This document shows, piece by piece, positions 37,842 to 49,155 of a stretch of 64,000 nt of DNA. Numbering within the stretch: the first letter of the stretch is position 1; each line of letters begins with the position of its first letter. Position numbers and translations under genes: made by a program. The stretch is taken from NCBI GenBank assembly GCA_964252035.1, contig OZ176201.1; one strand, given 5' to 3'. Under the pieces are notes generated by a model, which worked only from the letters and a program-made list of their open reading frames with translations, was not told the DNA's origin and searched no databases. The DNA comes from Podarcis erhardii. Taxonomy: Eukaryota.

Positions 37842-38571
37842 GTCAGTAGCTCCTTTCCAGCACCTGCAATTGTATGTGTTTTCCTTAAAAAGGGAGGCAG
37901 CACCAGTAGTTCAGTAGGCTCAGATCTCTCTGAGGGACGATTAGATTGAAGTCAAAGGGAGTTCCAAGACCATTTACTGTGGGTGGGGGGATGTCCTACC
38001 TGAGATTAAGAAGGCAAATGCTTTAGGTCATTTAGCCATGGTTGGCCCCAGGGTGTAGGCCAGTCAGCGTAGAATTAATTCACTTGAAACTAGTATTCTG
38101 TATGTCATAGAAAAGATAAACACAAGTAGAATGCCCAAAAGCAGCCTCCAGCTTCATTCCACATAGGGTACAATAGGTTCGCTTTGCATAGCTGTCAAAA
38201 ATAAAAGGCTTCCCACTCCTTTCTCATTAACCAATTGGGGAAATGACTGCAAATTGAGTTGTCTCATCATTCAGCTCCAATTTAAAATACTTTTTTCACC
38301 AAGAAGTTTTAGTTGTTTCTTGTGCCTGTCATACTGATATCTCACCAACACATTGTGCATCTTGGTTAACACTCTTAGAAATAGTGTGGCCATCATTTTC
38401 TGGTGAAGGCGGTTAGACAGAGATTGGTTATGGCCTATGAATGTGGGGCGGAGGGTATATGCAAATTGCCGGTTGGACCTACCCTTGGTGATATGGGAGA
38501 ATATATATTTAAATAAATGCATATATGCAGCTAAATAAATCCATACAAATCAATTTCTCTCTCTCCAACAG

Positions 38572-38712
38572 GCATTAAGATAGGTTCCAAACCAGCAGGT
38601 GCTCCCACTTCTGCAGGGGCAGCGACTGGACTGCCAGGAGCTGAGGGAGAGAGCGTCTTCTCCAAAATCCTGCCAGGAGGGGCAGCAGAACAAGCAGGCA
38701 AATTAACAGAAG
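38572..38712 (+). CDS. BSN: Bassoon coding exon (approx. exon 9)
   Basis: CTCTCCAACAG|, donor G|GTGAGA; 141 nt; GESVFSKILPGGAAEQAGKLTE conserved C-terminal motif. Confidence 0.95.
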
Positions 38713-38929
38713 GTGAGAGGTTTCAGAGGCATCTTTCTTGGATGCCCCATGTCAAAGCATGCGGGATTTGCTCCTGGAGACAGCTCACCTGTCTTCATGC
38801 TTGCACATGTGGATTTGTTCAATGCTTCCTGCAGGACAAATGGCAGAACTACAGGGCAACTGCTAATTCAGACCACCGGTCCGTCTAGCTCAGTATTATC
38901 TACACTGACTGGTAGTGGCTCTCTGGGAT

Positions 38930-39031
38930 TTCAGGCAGGAGTCTCCCTCAGGCCTCTCCGGAGCAGGCAGAAATCTGAACCTGGGACCTTCTGCACTCAC
39001 AGCAGATGCTCTGCTGCTGAGCCACAGCCCT
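38930..39031 (-). mobile_element. tRNA-derived SINE fragment
   Basis: CTGAACCTGGGACCTTCTGCA..GCAGATGCTCTG..CTGAGCCACAGCCC is the reverse of a tRNA-like head. Confidence 0.55.
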
Positions 39032-39581
39032 TGTTCTAGTTTACACCTATGTGAGAATACAAGAAATAAGAAGCCAGCAAGAAAAGTAAAAGCTGTGAAG
39101 ATGAAATCAAAATAAAGAAAATGGGGATTGGGTGGTAGAACACTGAAGGAAAAAGCCACGTTAGCATAGCAGACCATCAACACAGCAGGCCAAAAGTACT
39201 CACTTGATGAGGAGGATCACTAAGGGCTAAAACAGAATTGCCTTATCCCAATGGCCAGCAGCCGCTTTCCATCAGCTCAGGCTAACCCTTCTGTTGGGAG
39301 ATCCATTTTTACTTGAAATGCCAGGAAGTGACTTTCCTTCTACTTGCAAAGCATGTAACCATAGTCCCTTCCTGTGTCACAAACAGAGATGTGGGGACAG
39401 GGTGATAATGGGACTGGCAATGTGAAGGCTGATAATATGGAGGAGGGGCTCTTGTGAAATAGAAGAAGGGCCCTAAAAACTGAAGATTCAGTGGGAAAGA
39501 GGTGAGTGGGGAAAAGATGCAGTCAGTCTTTGGTACCGCATATGCTGATGGCATTTATTTCTCTTACTTTTACTCCCATAG

Positions 39582-39622
39582 CTGTGTCAGCTTTTGGCAA
39601 GAAATTCACATCATTTTGGTGA
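39582..39622 (+). CDS. BSN: Bassoon last coding exon (approx. exon 10); exon continues to 39636
   Basis: CTCCCATAG|CT GTG TCA GCT TTT GGC AAG AAA TTC ACA TCA TTT TGG TGA = AVSAFGKKFTSFW*, the Bassoon C-terminus; donor TGG|GTGAGT 14 nt after the stop. Confidence 0.95.
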
Positions 39623-40554
39623 GAGAACATCACTGGGTGAGTCGCTTTTTGTTGTGGTAATAATAATTTATTTCTTGTACCCCACACATCTGACTGGGCT
39701 GTCCCAGCCTCTCTGGGTGGCTTCCAACGAAGCATATATACACAACCCCCAATGACATTACAGCTGCCAAGCAAAACTCCTGATACTTTTTATCTTCTCT
39801 GGCCATTGCAATCCAAAGAGTTCCTGGCGTAATTTCCTGTTTAATAGCTTGGTTCAACTTCTGTCCCTCAACAGGTGCCTTTCTTTGCTGCAGCACCCTA
39901 ACATCAGAGCTAACCTATTGTTCTGTTAATCCAAGCCCCCCCTTCAGTTACTCTGACATTTTTCTTTTTTTTTTCTGCACATGTATATTTTTCTTTCCTT
40001 AATAGCCATATCTTTTTCTTATGTGTGTCTCTCCATCACCCCAGCAGGAGTTTGGGAGAATAAATGGAGATCTCATCATTGCACTGGAAAAACCTATGAA
40101 GAATCCATTGGAATTCAGTCTGCCGCACCAGACTCTGGGTATAACAGTGAGTGTCACCTCGTTGCCTCCATTCCTACATTCTTCTGAGGGTGTGGATGAG
40201 ATCAGATACTTGGCTTTCATCAAGGCTCAGAGATTGCCCCCAAGATACAAAGCCCAGAGGAGATATTTCTTTTACCTAGTCATATGATATCCTGCTTAGC
40301 TTATGGCAATTTGCCTGATAGTTTAGGTAAGCCATGCCACTTCCAGTCAAGAGTATATCCTGTTGCTGCTAAATGTTTGTTTAATGTCCACAGCATGCTA
40401 CACACTGTACAGACTTAAAGAAAAGAGACAGTCCCCATTCAGACTTCTTATAGTCTGTATTAGGTGGATATAGCTAGTGGGGGCAGGGGAAGGCAGGGAC
40501 TGACACGGAGGAGGAAATGAAGGTGCAGGTCGGTGTGGCTAGGATGGTTTCAAA

Positions 40555-40826
40555 GAATCATAGAGTTGGAGGGGATCCTGAGGATCATCTAGTCCTGAAT
40601 GCAGGAATATGCAGCTGGCCCATAACGGGGGACCGAACTGCAGCATTGGCGTTATCAGCACCACACTCTTAACCAGGCTTTCTCAAACTCGGCCCTCCAG
40701 ATGTTTTTGGCCTACAACTCCCATGATCCCTAGCTAGCAGGACCAGTGGTCAGGGATGATGGAAATTGTAGTCTCAAAACATCTGGAGGCCCGAGGTTGA
40801 GGAAACCTGCTCTTAACCATCTGAGT
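40555..40826 (-). mobile_element. tRNA-head SINE with CR1-type tail, interrupted by a hAT MITE
   Basis: Minus strand with MITE removed: CTCAGATGGTTAAGAGTGTGGTGCTGATAACGCC (tRNA-like) ... GGACTAGATGATCCTCAGGATCCCCTCCAACTCTATGATTC (CR1-like tail). Confidence 0.65.
40674..40809. mobile_element. hAT MITE, 136 bp, palindromic
   Basis: Perfect TSD CTCTTAAC (40666-40673, 40810-40817); CAGGCTTTCTCAAACTCGGCCCTCCAGATGTTT vs AAACATCTGGAGGCCCGAGGTTGAGGAAACCTG long TIRs. Confidence 0.88.
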
Positions 40827-40834
40827 TTGGGAAA

Positions 40835-40975
40835 GGCCTTGTTAAAGAAATCTCCTTCCTTAGAGGTTTTTAAGGAGAGGTTGGATGGCAATCGGTCATG
40901 ATGCTTTAGCTGACATTCCTGCATTGGACTAGATGATGCTCAGGGCCCCTTCCAACTCTACACTACGATTCTAAA
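40835..40975 (+). mobile_element. CR1 LINE 3' end fragment
   Basis: TCTCCTTCCTTAGAGGTTTTTAAGGAGAGGTTGGATGG...GGACTAGATGATG...CCTTCCAACTCTAC..GATTCTA, typical CR1 3' terminus. Confidence 0.7.
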
Positions 40976-42226
40976 GAAGAAGGGCTTAAAGGAGGCTGAG
41001 GCACTAAATACTCTTACATACAGCAGGAAGATGTTCTAGACACAGAGGACAGCATGTCTGGGGACAGCCGTGGCAGGGAAAAAGAGATAATAAAGCATGA
41101 TGGAGCAAAACATCAGGTCGCCTGCTACAGCAGAGTTCCAACGCTAACTTCCTTGCAGCAGTGCCTCTGCTGCTTAACCAGGAGTGAGAGGGACTAGGCA
41201 AGAGGGAGGCCAGGATGGTGTGTGCTCAACAATGGGGCTATTCCTTTGCTCCTGCCATGGCAGCCATGCCACACCAGCCTCCCCGCCATCTCCTCCTTCC
41301 CCTTCTTCCTCCTCACATTAAGCAGCAGTGACACACCTGCCAGGATGTCGCAGCTGCGCCCCACTGGGTGAACTCTGCTACTGTGATAGAGGAAGCAAGA
41401 AAATTAAGGTGTGGGATAACACGTAGTTGGCACAATGTCATATAACCTCCCTGCAAACAAATCAGTATGGATGCTCCATAAATAACTGGTGTTTTCCCCG
41501 CAAACGCTGTGCAAACAAATCAGGATGAATGGCCAATAAATAGATTGTCTGGAACCAACTGTAGAAATGTGTCCCATTTGTTTGGTGCTTAACTCTGTTG
41601 TCTGTAATGGTAAGGCATCAAAATGGTTTTGCTGTGGCATAAAATTTATTCTATCAGCCACAGCCTTAAAGAATTAAGCCCCCAGACCAGCAATCCAGAT
41701 GTAAAATGGATAACGGGGGGGCATAAGAAGAAGGCATGAGTGAGGATATTTGCTCTTTGCTGCTTATTTTGACTAAGAAATACCGCTTCGCTCAGCACAA
41801 TATTGCAGTGACTGTTTTGGGGGAAGCAGCTGTTATTAGCAGTCCTCTCACTGCAGGCAGCAGACAACAATCCTTTCTCTTTGCTCTATCAATAGAACAC
41901 AGCAGCTCATCTGGAAGCGGGAGGGGAAAGAGCCTGTTTTGTGCATTGCTGTGCTAAGTTCCACCAGGAAAGCCAGTGTGCCATATGCAGAACACTCTTA
42001 CCTTGGGAAGAGTTGAAATGAGGGGAAGAGGCAGAGAGACCCATGGCAGCTCCAGAATGTGGGTAGCAGCACAAGCCTGCATAGGCCCCAGGGCCACAGC
42101 CCTGAGCCACAAGCAGAGAGAGAATATTTTTGTCCAGCTGATTCCATCCCCTGGGTGTGCTCAGAGCTTTGCCACTTACAGCACTATCTCCTTTCATGGC
42201 CCTGTCTGTGTTTTTGTCCATTTTAG

Positions 42227-42291
42227 AGAGCTCACTGAAAGGACTGCATGCTTTTTGATTTGAGGGGGAAATTGAACTTATTCCAGCTGAG
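42227..42291 (+). other. BSN: Predicted non-coding BSN 3'UTR exon (approx. exon 11), 65 nt
   Basis: Acceptor CTGTCTGTGTTTTTGTCCATTTTAG| and consensus donor GAG|GTAAGT; lies between the post-stop donor (39637) and the last acceptor (42758). Start could shift by 2-4 nt (AGAGAG). Confidence 0.6.
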
Positions 42292-45200
42292 GTAAGTGGG
42301 TAGCTTCTTACACTTGCTGCCTCAGTCTGTACATTGCAGTGTGAGCCAGGTCTGCCCCCGGGTTTGAGTGGAGAGGTGAAAGCAAACAACAAATCTCTTT
42401 GGGGAAAGTGCTGGCTCTTTCAATCCTCAGTTTTAGACAACCCCAGTATCAAACAGTTGCATCTCAGTAAGCGTGGGTAGCTGATGTCATTATGTAAACT
42501 GTTCATGCCCTTTGATTGGTGGTCTTTCCTGGCTAGTTCTTTGGGTTGCTTTTGTGCTTTGGTTTTGAGAAATGAGAGAGGCACACTGCTGACATAAACA
42601 GTACAGTACAGCAGAGCTTTCTCAGGTGGTGCTGTGAGTGAATATCCAGAGAGGATCAGGAAAATTTGTGCCAAACCATGGCATGGCAAGAAATTTTGTT
42701 TCTGTGACTGACCTATTGTAAATATAATATTTCTGATTCTCTCTTTTGTCTCATCAAGCTTTTGAAACCATGGAAAACCACTAGGCTGCGAGATGGAAGG
42801 CGGAAGAGATCTTTACGGAGACATTTGCCAGTGGATCCCATAAGAAGCTCCTTGAGGACATCTGAGCCAACTGTCGCAAAAGGCTTTCAGAAGCCGCCTG
42901 CTGTCAACTCCACGGTGTTCGTTGCATGAGCCCCAAGGGGTGAAGGCAGACGCTTAGTCTGAGAAGATGTACATAAAAGACGTTTACAGAACATGGCCCG
43001 GTCCCAGCTTGTCACACAGACTGGCCACTTCCCTGATCCTGGAGGGGATGTCTGGGGCTCCAGAGACTACTCACTGTGGTGGTTCCATTTGTGCCTAAGG
43101 TCTAATGTTGGGAGCCATGGCCCTTTCTTGAGATTATACGCAGAGTTTTCTCTCTTACTGAATTTTAACTCTAGAATCTTCATAGGTTTTTCCCACTCTC
43201 CAAGATGTGCTTGAGTCGAGGGCTGGGAGCTGGAGGCTCTGCTCTTCACATTCCAGTTTGCCCTGTCGGTCGCTCCGCCTGCACAGTGTTTGTTCCCTCT
43301 CATCCTCCCTGCAATGGAAAGCATGGGATGAAGAGAACTTCGACTAGGACCTAACACTGTTTCACCACTGAGATAAGAGGCCATAGGACTCTGAAAGGCA
43401 GTGCAAACTGGCTGACTATTGACTGAAGCAAATGCTGGCCAGGCATGTCTATCAGCCACCCCAAAGCCATCCTGAAGCCATTCTAAAGCATTCAAATGGC
43501 AGTGCTTTCCGTTGTTAGTGTTGTGCATTGTTTTATGTATGCCTGGGGATTATTTTTATTTCAAAAACAGCCTTAATCATTCCACTTTTATTTATGCGTA
43601 TACCTCATCAGCACCCAGCAACTGGGGGTTTGGATTTATTTTAAATTTTCTTTTTTTGTGAGGTTCTTTTTTGTTCTCAGTTTTTGTTTTTTACTTTGTA
43701 TCAAACATACTGTTTTTCCTCTTTGCTTTGTCCTGCGTTAGCACATGGACTGTTGTCGGTAGAAGCAATAGAGTGCAGAAGGCTACAAAAAAAGAGCACA
43801 ATCCAGTGTGATGAGATCAGGAGAGCTTGCCTCTGCCATCCTCCTTCCTACTACTACTGTGCAATTCAAGTCCTTCTTAAGCCATTACCAGTGGGCATGC
43901 TCAGAACGATGGAGGAGCTCCCTGGGGGCAGGATGTTGCTGAACCTCCTGGCACTGTTACCCGCGAGAGCCGATAGAAAACCCTGTGAAACGGCTCCTCT
44001 TTTCCTTTGCTGTAAAGAATCCAGCAAGTGTATGGATGCTCTGGCTCCCATTTGTCTGCGCTGTCTGTTTCCTGCCCGTCTCTCGTCCACACTGAGCATG
44101 CTCAAGAGCAACAATTCATTGGTGTGACCCATAGGAGCTTCCATTCACCGTGGGTAACAGCAAAATGATTCTCATGTCTAATGTTCTATGCAATGAAATA
44201 ACAAAACAAAAAAAAGTTTAAAAAAACAACTGTTAATATTTAATAAGTTCAATGTTATGTATAAGGATTTAATTGCAAATGTGCTATTGAGAAACTGGAT
44301 AGGTATCTTTATATCGAACACCTGTGCGTATGAAGTTTTCAATTAGTGGCATGCTTGACCCATCTGAGGGACACTTTTGCCAAAGGGTAGCCATAGAGCC
44401 GGTGACTGTCTCTGTCTGTTGTAGAGCATGGCTTGCTACTTCTCTGCACGGTTTCATCTATTTAGAATGCTTGCCGTTCTTTGCTTGAGGTTTTTTTTTT
44501 CTCTCTCTCTCTCCAGTTGGTTCATCATCACTTCTGAATGCCATTAGCAGATTTATGCACTTGTTATTGAAGGCCTGTCAGTGACACCATGAAGCATAAT
44601 TATCCTGCAGAATGTAACACCAGATGTGTCCTGTGGAACTCCATAAACTCTTGGTCCTTTGCCACATCCTTCCCTGGAGTAGCCATTAGTGTCCAGTTCA
44701 AGGGGCTTCCTGGGCTTTCTTGAGACCTGAAGCACATTCCTCCTGGCCAAAAAAATATTAAGCCGAAATTCTATCTTGGTTCGAGAGCACCACAGGCTGG
44801 GGGAGGTGTTCCAAGACTCAGTTACCCCAATAAATTTTGCATGGACAATTTGAGCAGTGTGGCATCGGCTAATGCAAAGAAAGCACCTTATTCCCCTCCC
44901 CTAAGTTCAGAACCTGGGAAACAACAGTGATGTCTCCTTTTCCCAAAAAGCACAATGTTAATGAATAAAGAACTACTAAACCGCAGCTCCTGACAATGGG
45001 AGGCTGACAGCCACTGAGCGGTGCAGTTTAAGCTGAAGTAGGTTCCAGAATAGAGACCGTTTCAACTCACTTCTGCCATACCAAGCACCCTTGGTGCAAT
45101 GATGGTGCAGGGCCTTTTCCTCCATGGTTAGACTCCAAGGCAGAGCTCTGCAAAAATGGGAACAAAACTGTATGAGCTTTTCCTGACAGAGGAGAAGGGG

Positions 45201-47132
45201 AAAGGTTAAGAGGCAACAACCTCTGTTTCACGAGAGGTTCTTGCAAATGCAGAAGTTTGTGACATTTTTAAGAGAACCTGACAGATCAGTGAGTCTAAGG
45301 GCCACGTCACCCCTTTTGCAGAGGCAAACCTGGGTACCAACTGGGCACTCAAGGAGCAGCAGCTCACCAGGACTCCCTGACTCGTATTCCTGGTCTATTT
45401 GATACTTAAAACACACTTGCAAATGTGTTTCATGCTTTCACGCTTTCCTATTTTATGTGAGCGCTAAAAAAAGGAGCATGCTGAAAAAGGAATGTATGCT
45501 GTGGCCCTTAGGCAGCTGGGGGTTGGAATCACATGAGCTCTCTACAGTAATTAATCCAGGTCTGCATTGTTTTGATATAAGCCTTAATGTTACAAGAGAC
45601 TCATGTGAACAGCTAGCATATAGTATGGTTCATCTTCTAGCTAAAAAGAAAAGAGGACTGTGACACTATAAGCAAAACTGTAAAGGCAGACATGCTTGCA
45701 TGGTTTCCATGGAGTGCACTTAGGGAAGACTCACACTTTGCAACGTCTTTGGCCAGCAGTGGCCTCTCCTTGTCATCTTAGAGAGCACATTCACACAGCA
45801 ATTGCCTGTACTCCTAGTTTGTCACTATGGTGCCCAACTAGAGATCTGGCCAAAAGCCTTAGAAAAGGCAGGTCGCTTTTTGCCTGAGACACCTATGCAA
45901 TGAGAACCAGTGTCTGCCTGAGGGAGACACAGTCATCCCCACCAGCTGTGTGGATGGATGAAGGGGACCAGGGTCAAAGTCTACAGGGTAAAAGCTACAC
46001 GGGCAATGCAACTGCACCTGGTACCCGAATGGGTCTGGTGCAGACATGATGTTGAGTTGCAAGTCTAAAAATATTAGTAGGAAGGTCTCTTGATGGTAGT
46101 TCAGCTGTTTGCTAAGAACCCAGCTTCTCAGTCAAGATGCAGATATACTGCCTACACAACCTTTGGCACTATCTTCCCCTCTTGCTCTGGTACCATTGAG
46201 TGACCTCTAAGCCTTAAGTTATTCCTTCCCATGGATTACAAGGTGGGGAAAGTTATCATATGTATGTAGACTAGAGGCTGTCTTCTAAAGTAGCCAAGCC
46301 AGGGTATTTTACCAGCGTGGAATGCTTTGTAGAACAAAGGCCAATCATTTGATATAGCGGTTGGCTTAGGACATGGAAATTCATGTAGGAGATAAAGGCA
46401 GAGGCCATGCTTTCAAGCTGGCTGCCTCTTGAATTCCTTGCACTGTTGAATTGGTTACTCTACTAATAAAAGCATAAGCAGGTACTTGGGCCCTACCTCA
46501 CTGTGCTGTCTCATTGGAGGAGACCAGAAAATATCACCTTAGCTTCAGAGAATGCTAGTTGAGTTTTCCATGGGCAAGGAAACTGCACACTCACCTTGTT
46601 GGCAATCACCCATTGTAAAGACCCAGTTTTGGCAGCAGTCTGCATACCTGTTTGGTTCATCTTGGAGTTGTGGCCACCATAGCAGTTACGGTGTTCATGG
46701 ATCTTTCTGATGATAGACAGACTGGAAATAATTCCAAGTAGAAGGGGTGGCAGCTACTCATAGTGGACCTACATCCAGGATGGAAGGCTTGGTTGGTAAA
46801 CATATGTTCTTGGCAGCTGCTTCAGCTAGGATGGCAAGCTGGGGTAGAGACTCCCAAAATGGAGATTTGCTTCCAACTTGAGTCAAACAAGGCATTTGGT
46901 AGTAACAATTGCAAGTTTCTCCACCCAGCTCCTTCCCTGCCACTCAGGCCTCCCCTGTCCCCCCCACCCCCCAAAATATACAAAGGATTACCCACAATGA
47001 CAAGTGCAAAATCTGAGGATGCTTCTTCAGGGCTCTAGGTTGAATTTGTGCCCCCTACAGGTTTTCTCAACAGTGGCTGCTACAACCTCCCTCCCTCCCT
47101 TCCATTGTAAATATTTGTACAGTGTGTAAAAT

Positions 47133-47149
47133 AATAAAACTAAATTAAA
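47133..47149 (+). terminator. Candidate BSN polyadenylation signal (AATAAA + ATTAAA)
   Basis: AATAAA 47133-47138 and ATTAAA 47144-47149, upstream TGTA elements (47106, 47116), then CA and TGTGGTATG downstream. Confidence 0.55.
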
Positions 47150-47683
47150 AATCTCATGTGGTATGAAGAAAAAAAAAAGAAAAACAACAACTCACAGGCC
47201 CCTTTTCGGGGGGCTCCATCTCACCAACCAGCACACCTGCCAACTCTTGCTTTTGTGTACAAAAGATCAACAAACAAAGCCTGGTGTTTGTGACTGGCTC
47301 CTTTGGACTGTTCCTCTTCTTGCAAAGCATAGCAGAGTCTTGTAGAGTTGTTGTGGCTGTCACATGACATGTACCTTTCATGCCCTCATCCTGCCTCCCA
47401 TGTATCTTGAGTTGTTCCCTTATCTCTTTTTTATTTTTATTATCTTGGAGGCAGGAGGGGTTCTGTATAAAAATTATTTTAAAAAATACCAACCACCACC
47501 CATCAAACAAAAGAAGAAGTTTACAGTTGTAAGTGCAATGACCTAAATCCTTTATCTGAACATTGTAAATGATGTGTGTGTCCTGCTGTGCTCTGTGAGA
47601 ACTTGTAGTATTTCAGTGTACCACCTCATGTATTGTGATTCCGTATGGGAAGTTGCCCTACAAGGTATTTCTGTGGAAAACAG

Positions 47684-47689
47684 AATAAA
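47684..47689 (+). terminator. Candidate distal BSN polyadenylation signal
   Basis: AATAAA after a TGTA-rich stretch (47560-47640). Confidence 0.45.
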
Positions 47690-47859
47690 AGGACTTAATA
47701 TGATTCACAAGGCTGAGTCCCTGCCTGCTGGGGGCACATAAAGTTAGGGTGGTTTCCCCCCCCCCGGGGGGGGTTACCTAGATTTGAAAGCGGTGTAAAC
47801 TTTCCTTGCTTCTCCATACACTTCCTTCTAGATCCTAGTTTTCAGATTGGTGGTACAGC

Positions 47860-47980
47860 CAGTGCTATTTTTTCTAGAGAAGGAGGTGCTGGAACTCTCT
47901 TACAATGGCAATGGTGCCCACCTCAGAGGTGCTGGAACAGAGTTCCGCTTAGTTCCTGTTGTGGGAGGGGGAAAGCCCTG
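47860..47980. mobile_element. hAT-type MITE, 121 bp
   Basis: Perfect TSD GGTACAGC (47852-47859, 47981-47988); CAGTGCT...AGCCCTG ends; shares TTTCTAGA.AA.GAGGTGCTGGAACTC with 13794..13895. Confidence 0.85.
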
Positions 47981-49074
47981 GGTACAGCCATATCTGGACA
48001 GCACTCCTTCAGACTATGGAAGACAATTCCCGTAGCTGAATGTACCTGAAAATGGCCTGGGCACACAGAAAACCACCACTCTGATAACAAAGCCAAAACT
48101 GATGAGCATCAGTCGCTGCCTTATAGATTGCAGCTGTCACAGACCTAGTCAGCACATGAGGCTGCCATGGTCAAATTAGTCTGGGTCTTTCCCAATTCTA
48201 AAAGGAGAGCTGTACCAGCTGGAAAGGGCCATCTGTGCACTGGCCATCCTGACCACAGTGTACCAGAATGGAGGTGCTTTTAGGTGCAACAGAAAGGTGC
48301 ACACAAACCCATGACTCCAGATAAGAGTCCTTTCACACACACTCATCCGGCAAGAGATCTAATACGCGCAGTAGAGGATTTGCTCCTCACCCTGACTGTA
48401 TTCAAAGGAACATGTGACACAAGTATTACAATCAGCCATCTAGCTGTATGTCCACAGGGTCAATTTGTGTGATCAGTCCCCCTTGGGAGAAAAAAAGGGG
48501 GAGGGAAGAGCACCCAGAATGGTACTTTGTGTGTACAGTGTGCTTCTCCCTTTGCACTAAATAACATTCCTGCATTACTGAAAAATCCCAGAGAGAAGGG
48601 GGCTGCGGCTGGTGTCTCTTTCTTTTACTGCATCCATAAGCATAATGTTGCAGTGCCAGGCCAACCCAACAAGCAGTATAGATGGATGCCTCAGGCATCA
48701 GCAGTCAGCTCTAGGGGTGGGGAGGAGTTACACACAGAGAGATATATCCAGTGGAGTCCTGACTGATGAAAGCAGACAGCTTGTACCTGCTGTAGCTGCA
48801 GCTGCCACAGATCTAGTCACACCATGAGTGCCCAAAGCCTGCTCCCATAATTCCCAGATTCCCTGCTACATCACTTATTCCCAGGGCCCTGATAAGCATC
48901 AATGACTTTCTGAGGATCCTGATTGGACTGACTTGCATCTTCATGACAGGTGAGCTCATGAAGTTGCTTCACACTGTCAGACACTGACCCCTGGTCCCAC
49001 TAATCCAATACTGTTTACTCTGGCAGACAGCAGCACCCCCACCTGAGCCTCGGGCAAAGGTTTTTGCCAGCTCT

Positions 49075-49155
49075 GCTAGCAGAGTTCTCTTAACTGGTGA
49101 TGCCAGGGATTGAAACTGGGATTTCTGCACTTCCATGGAGTGACAGCCCTTCCTG
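49075..49155 (-). mobile_element. tRNA-derived SINE fragment
   Basis: CTGGTGATGCCAGGGATTGAAACTGGGATTTCTGCA is the reverse of a B-box region. Confidence 0.45.

Larger units (their letters stand above)
42759..47710 (+). other. BSN: Predicted BSN terminal exon / long 3'UTR
   Basis: Acceptor TTCTGATTCTCTCTTTTGTCTCATCAAG|; no long ORF, U-rich blocks, AATAAA at 44964, 46465, 47133, 47684. The true end is uncertain (~47155 or ~47710). Confidence 0.6.

Noticed and set aside
40600-40826. Possible tRNA gene (also 1-75, 9322, 38930, 49075)
   Set aside because: Degenerate boxes, no full cloverleaf, fused to retroposon bodies; SINE heads.
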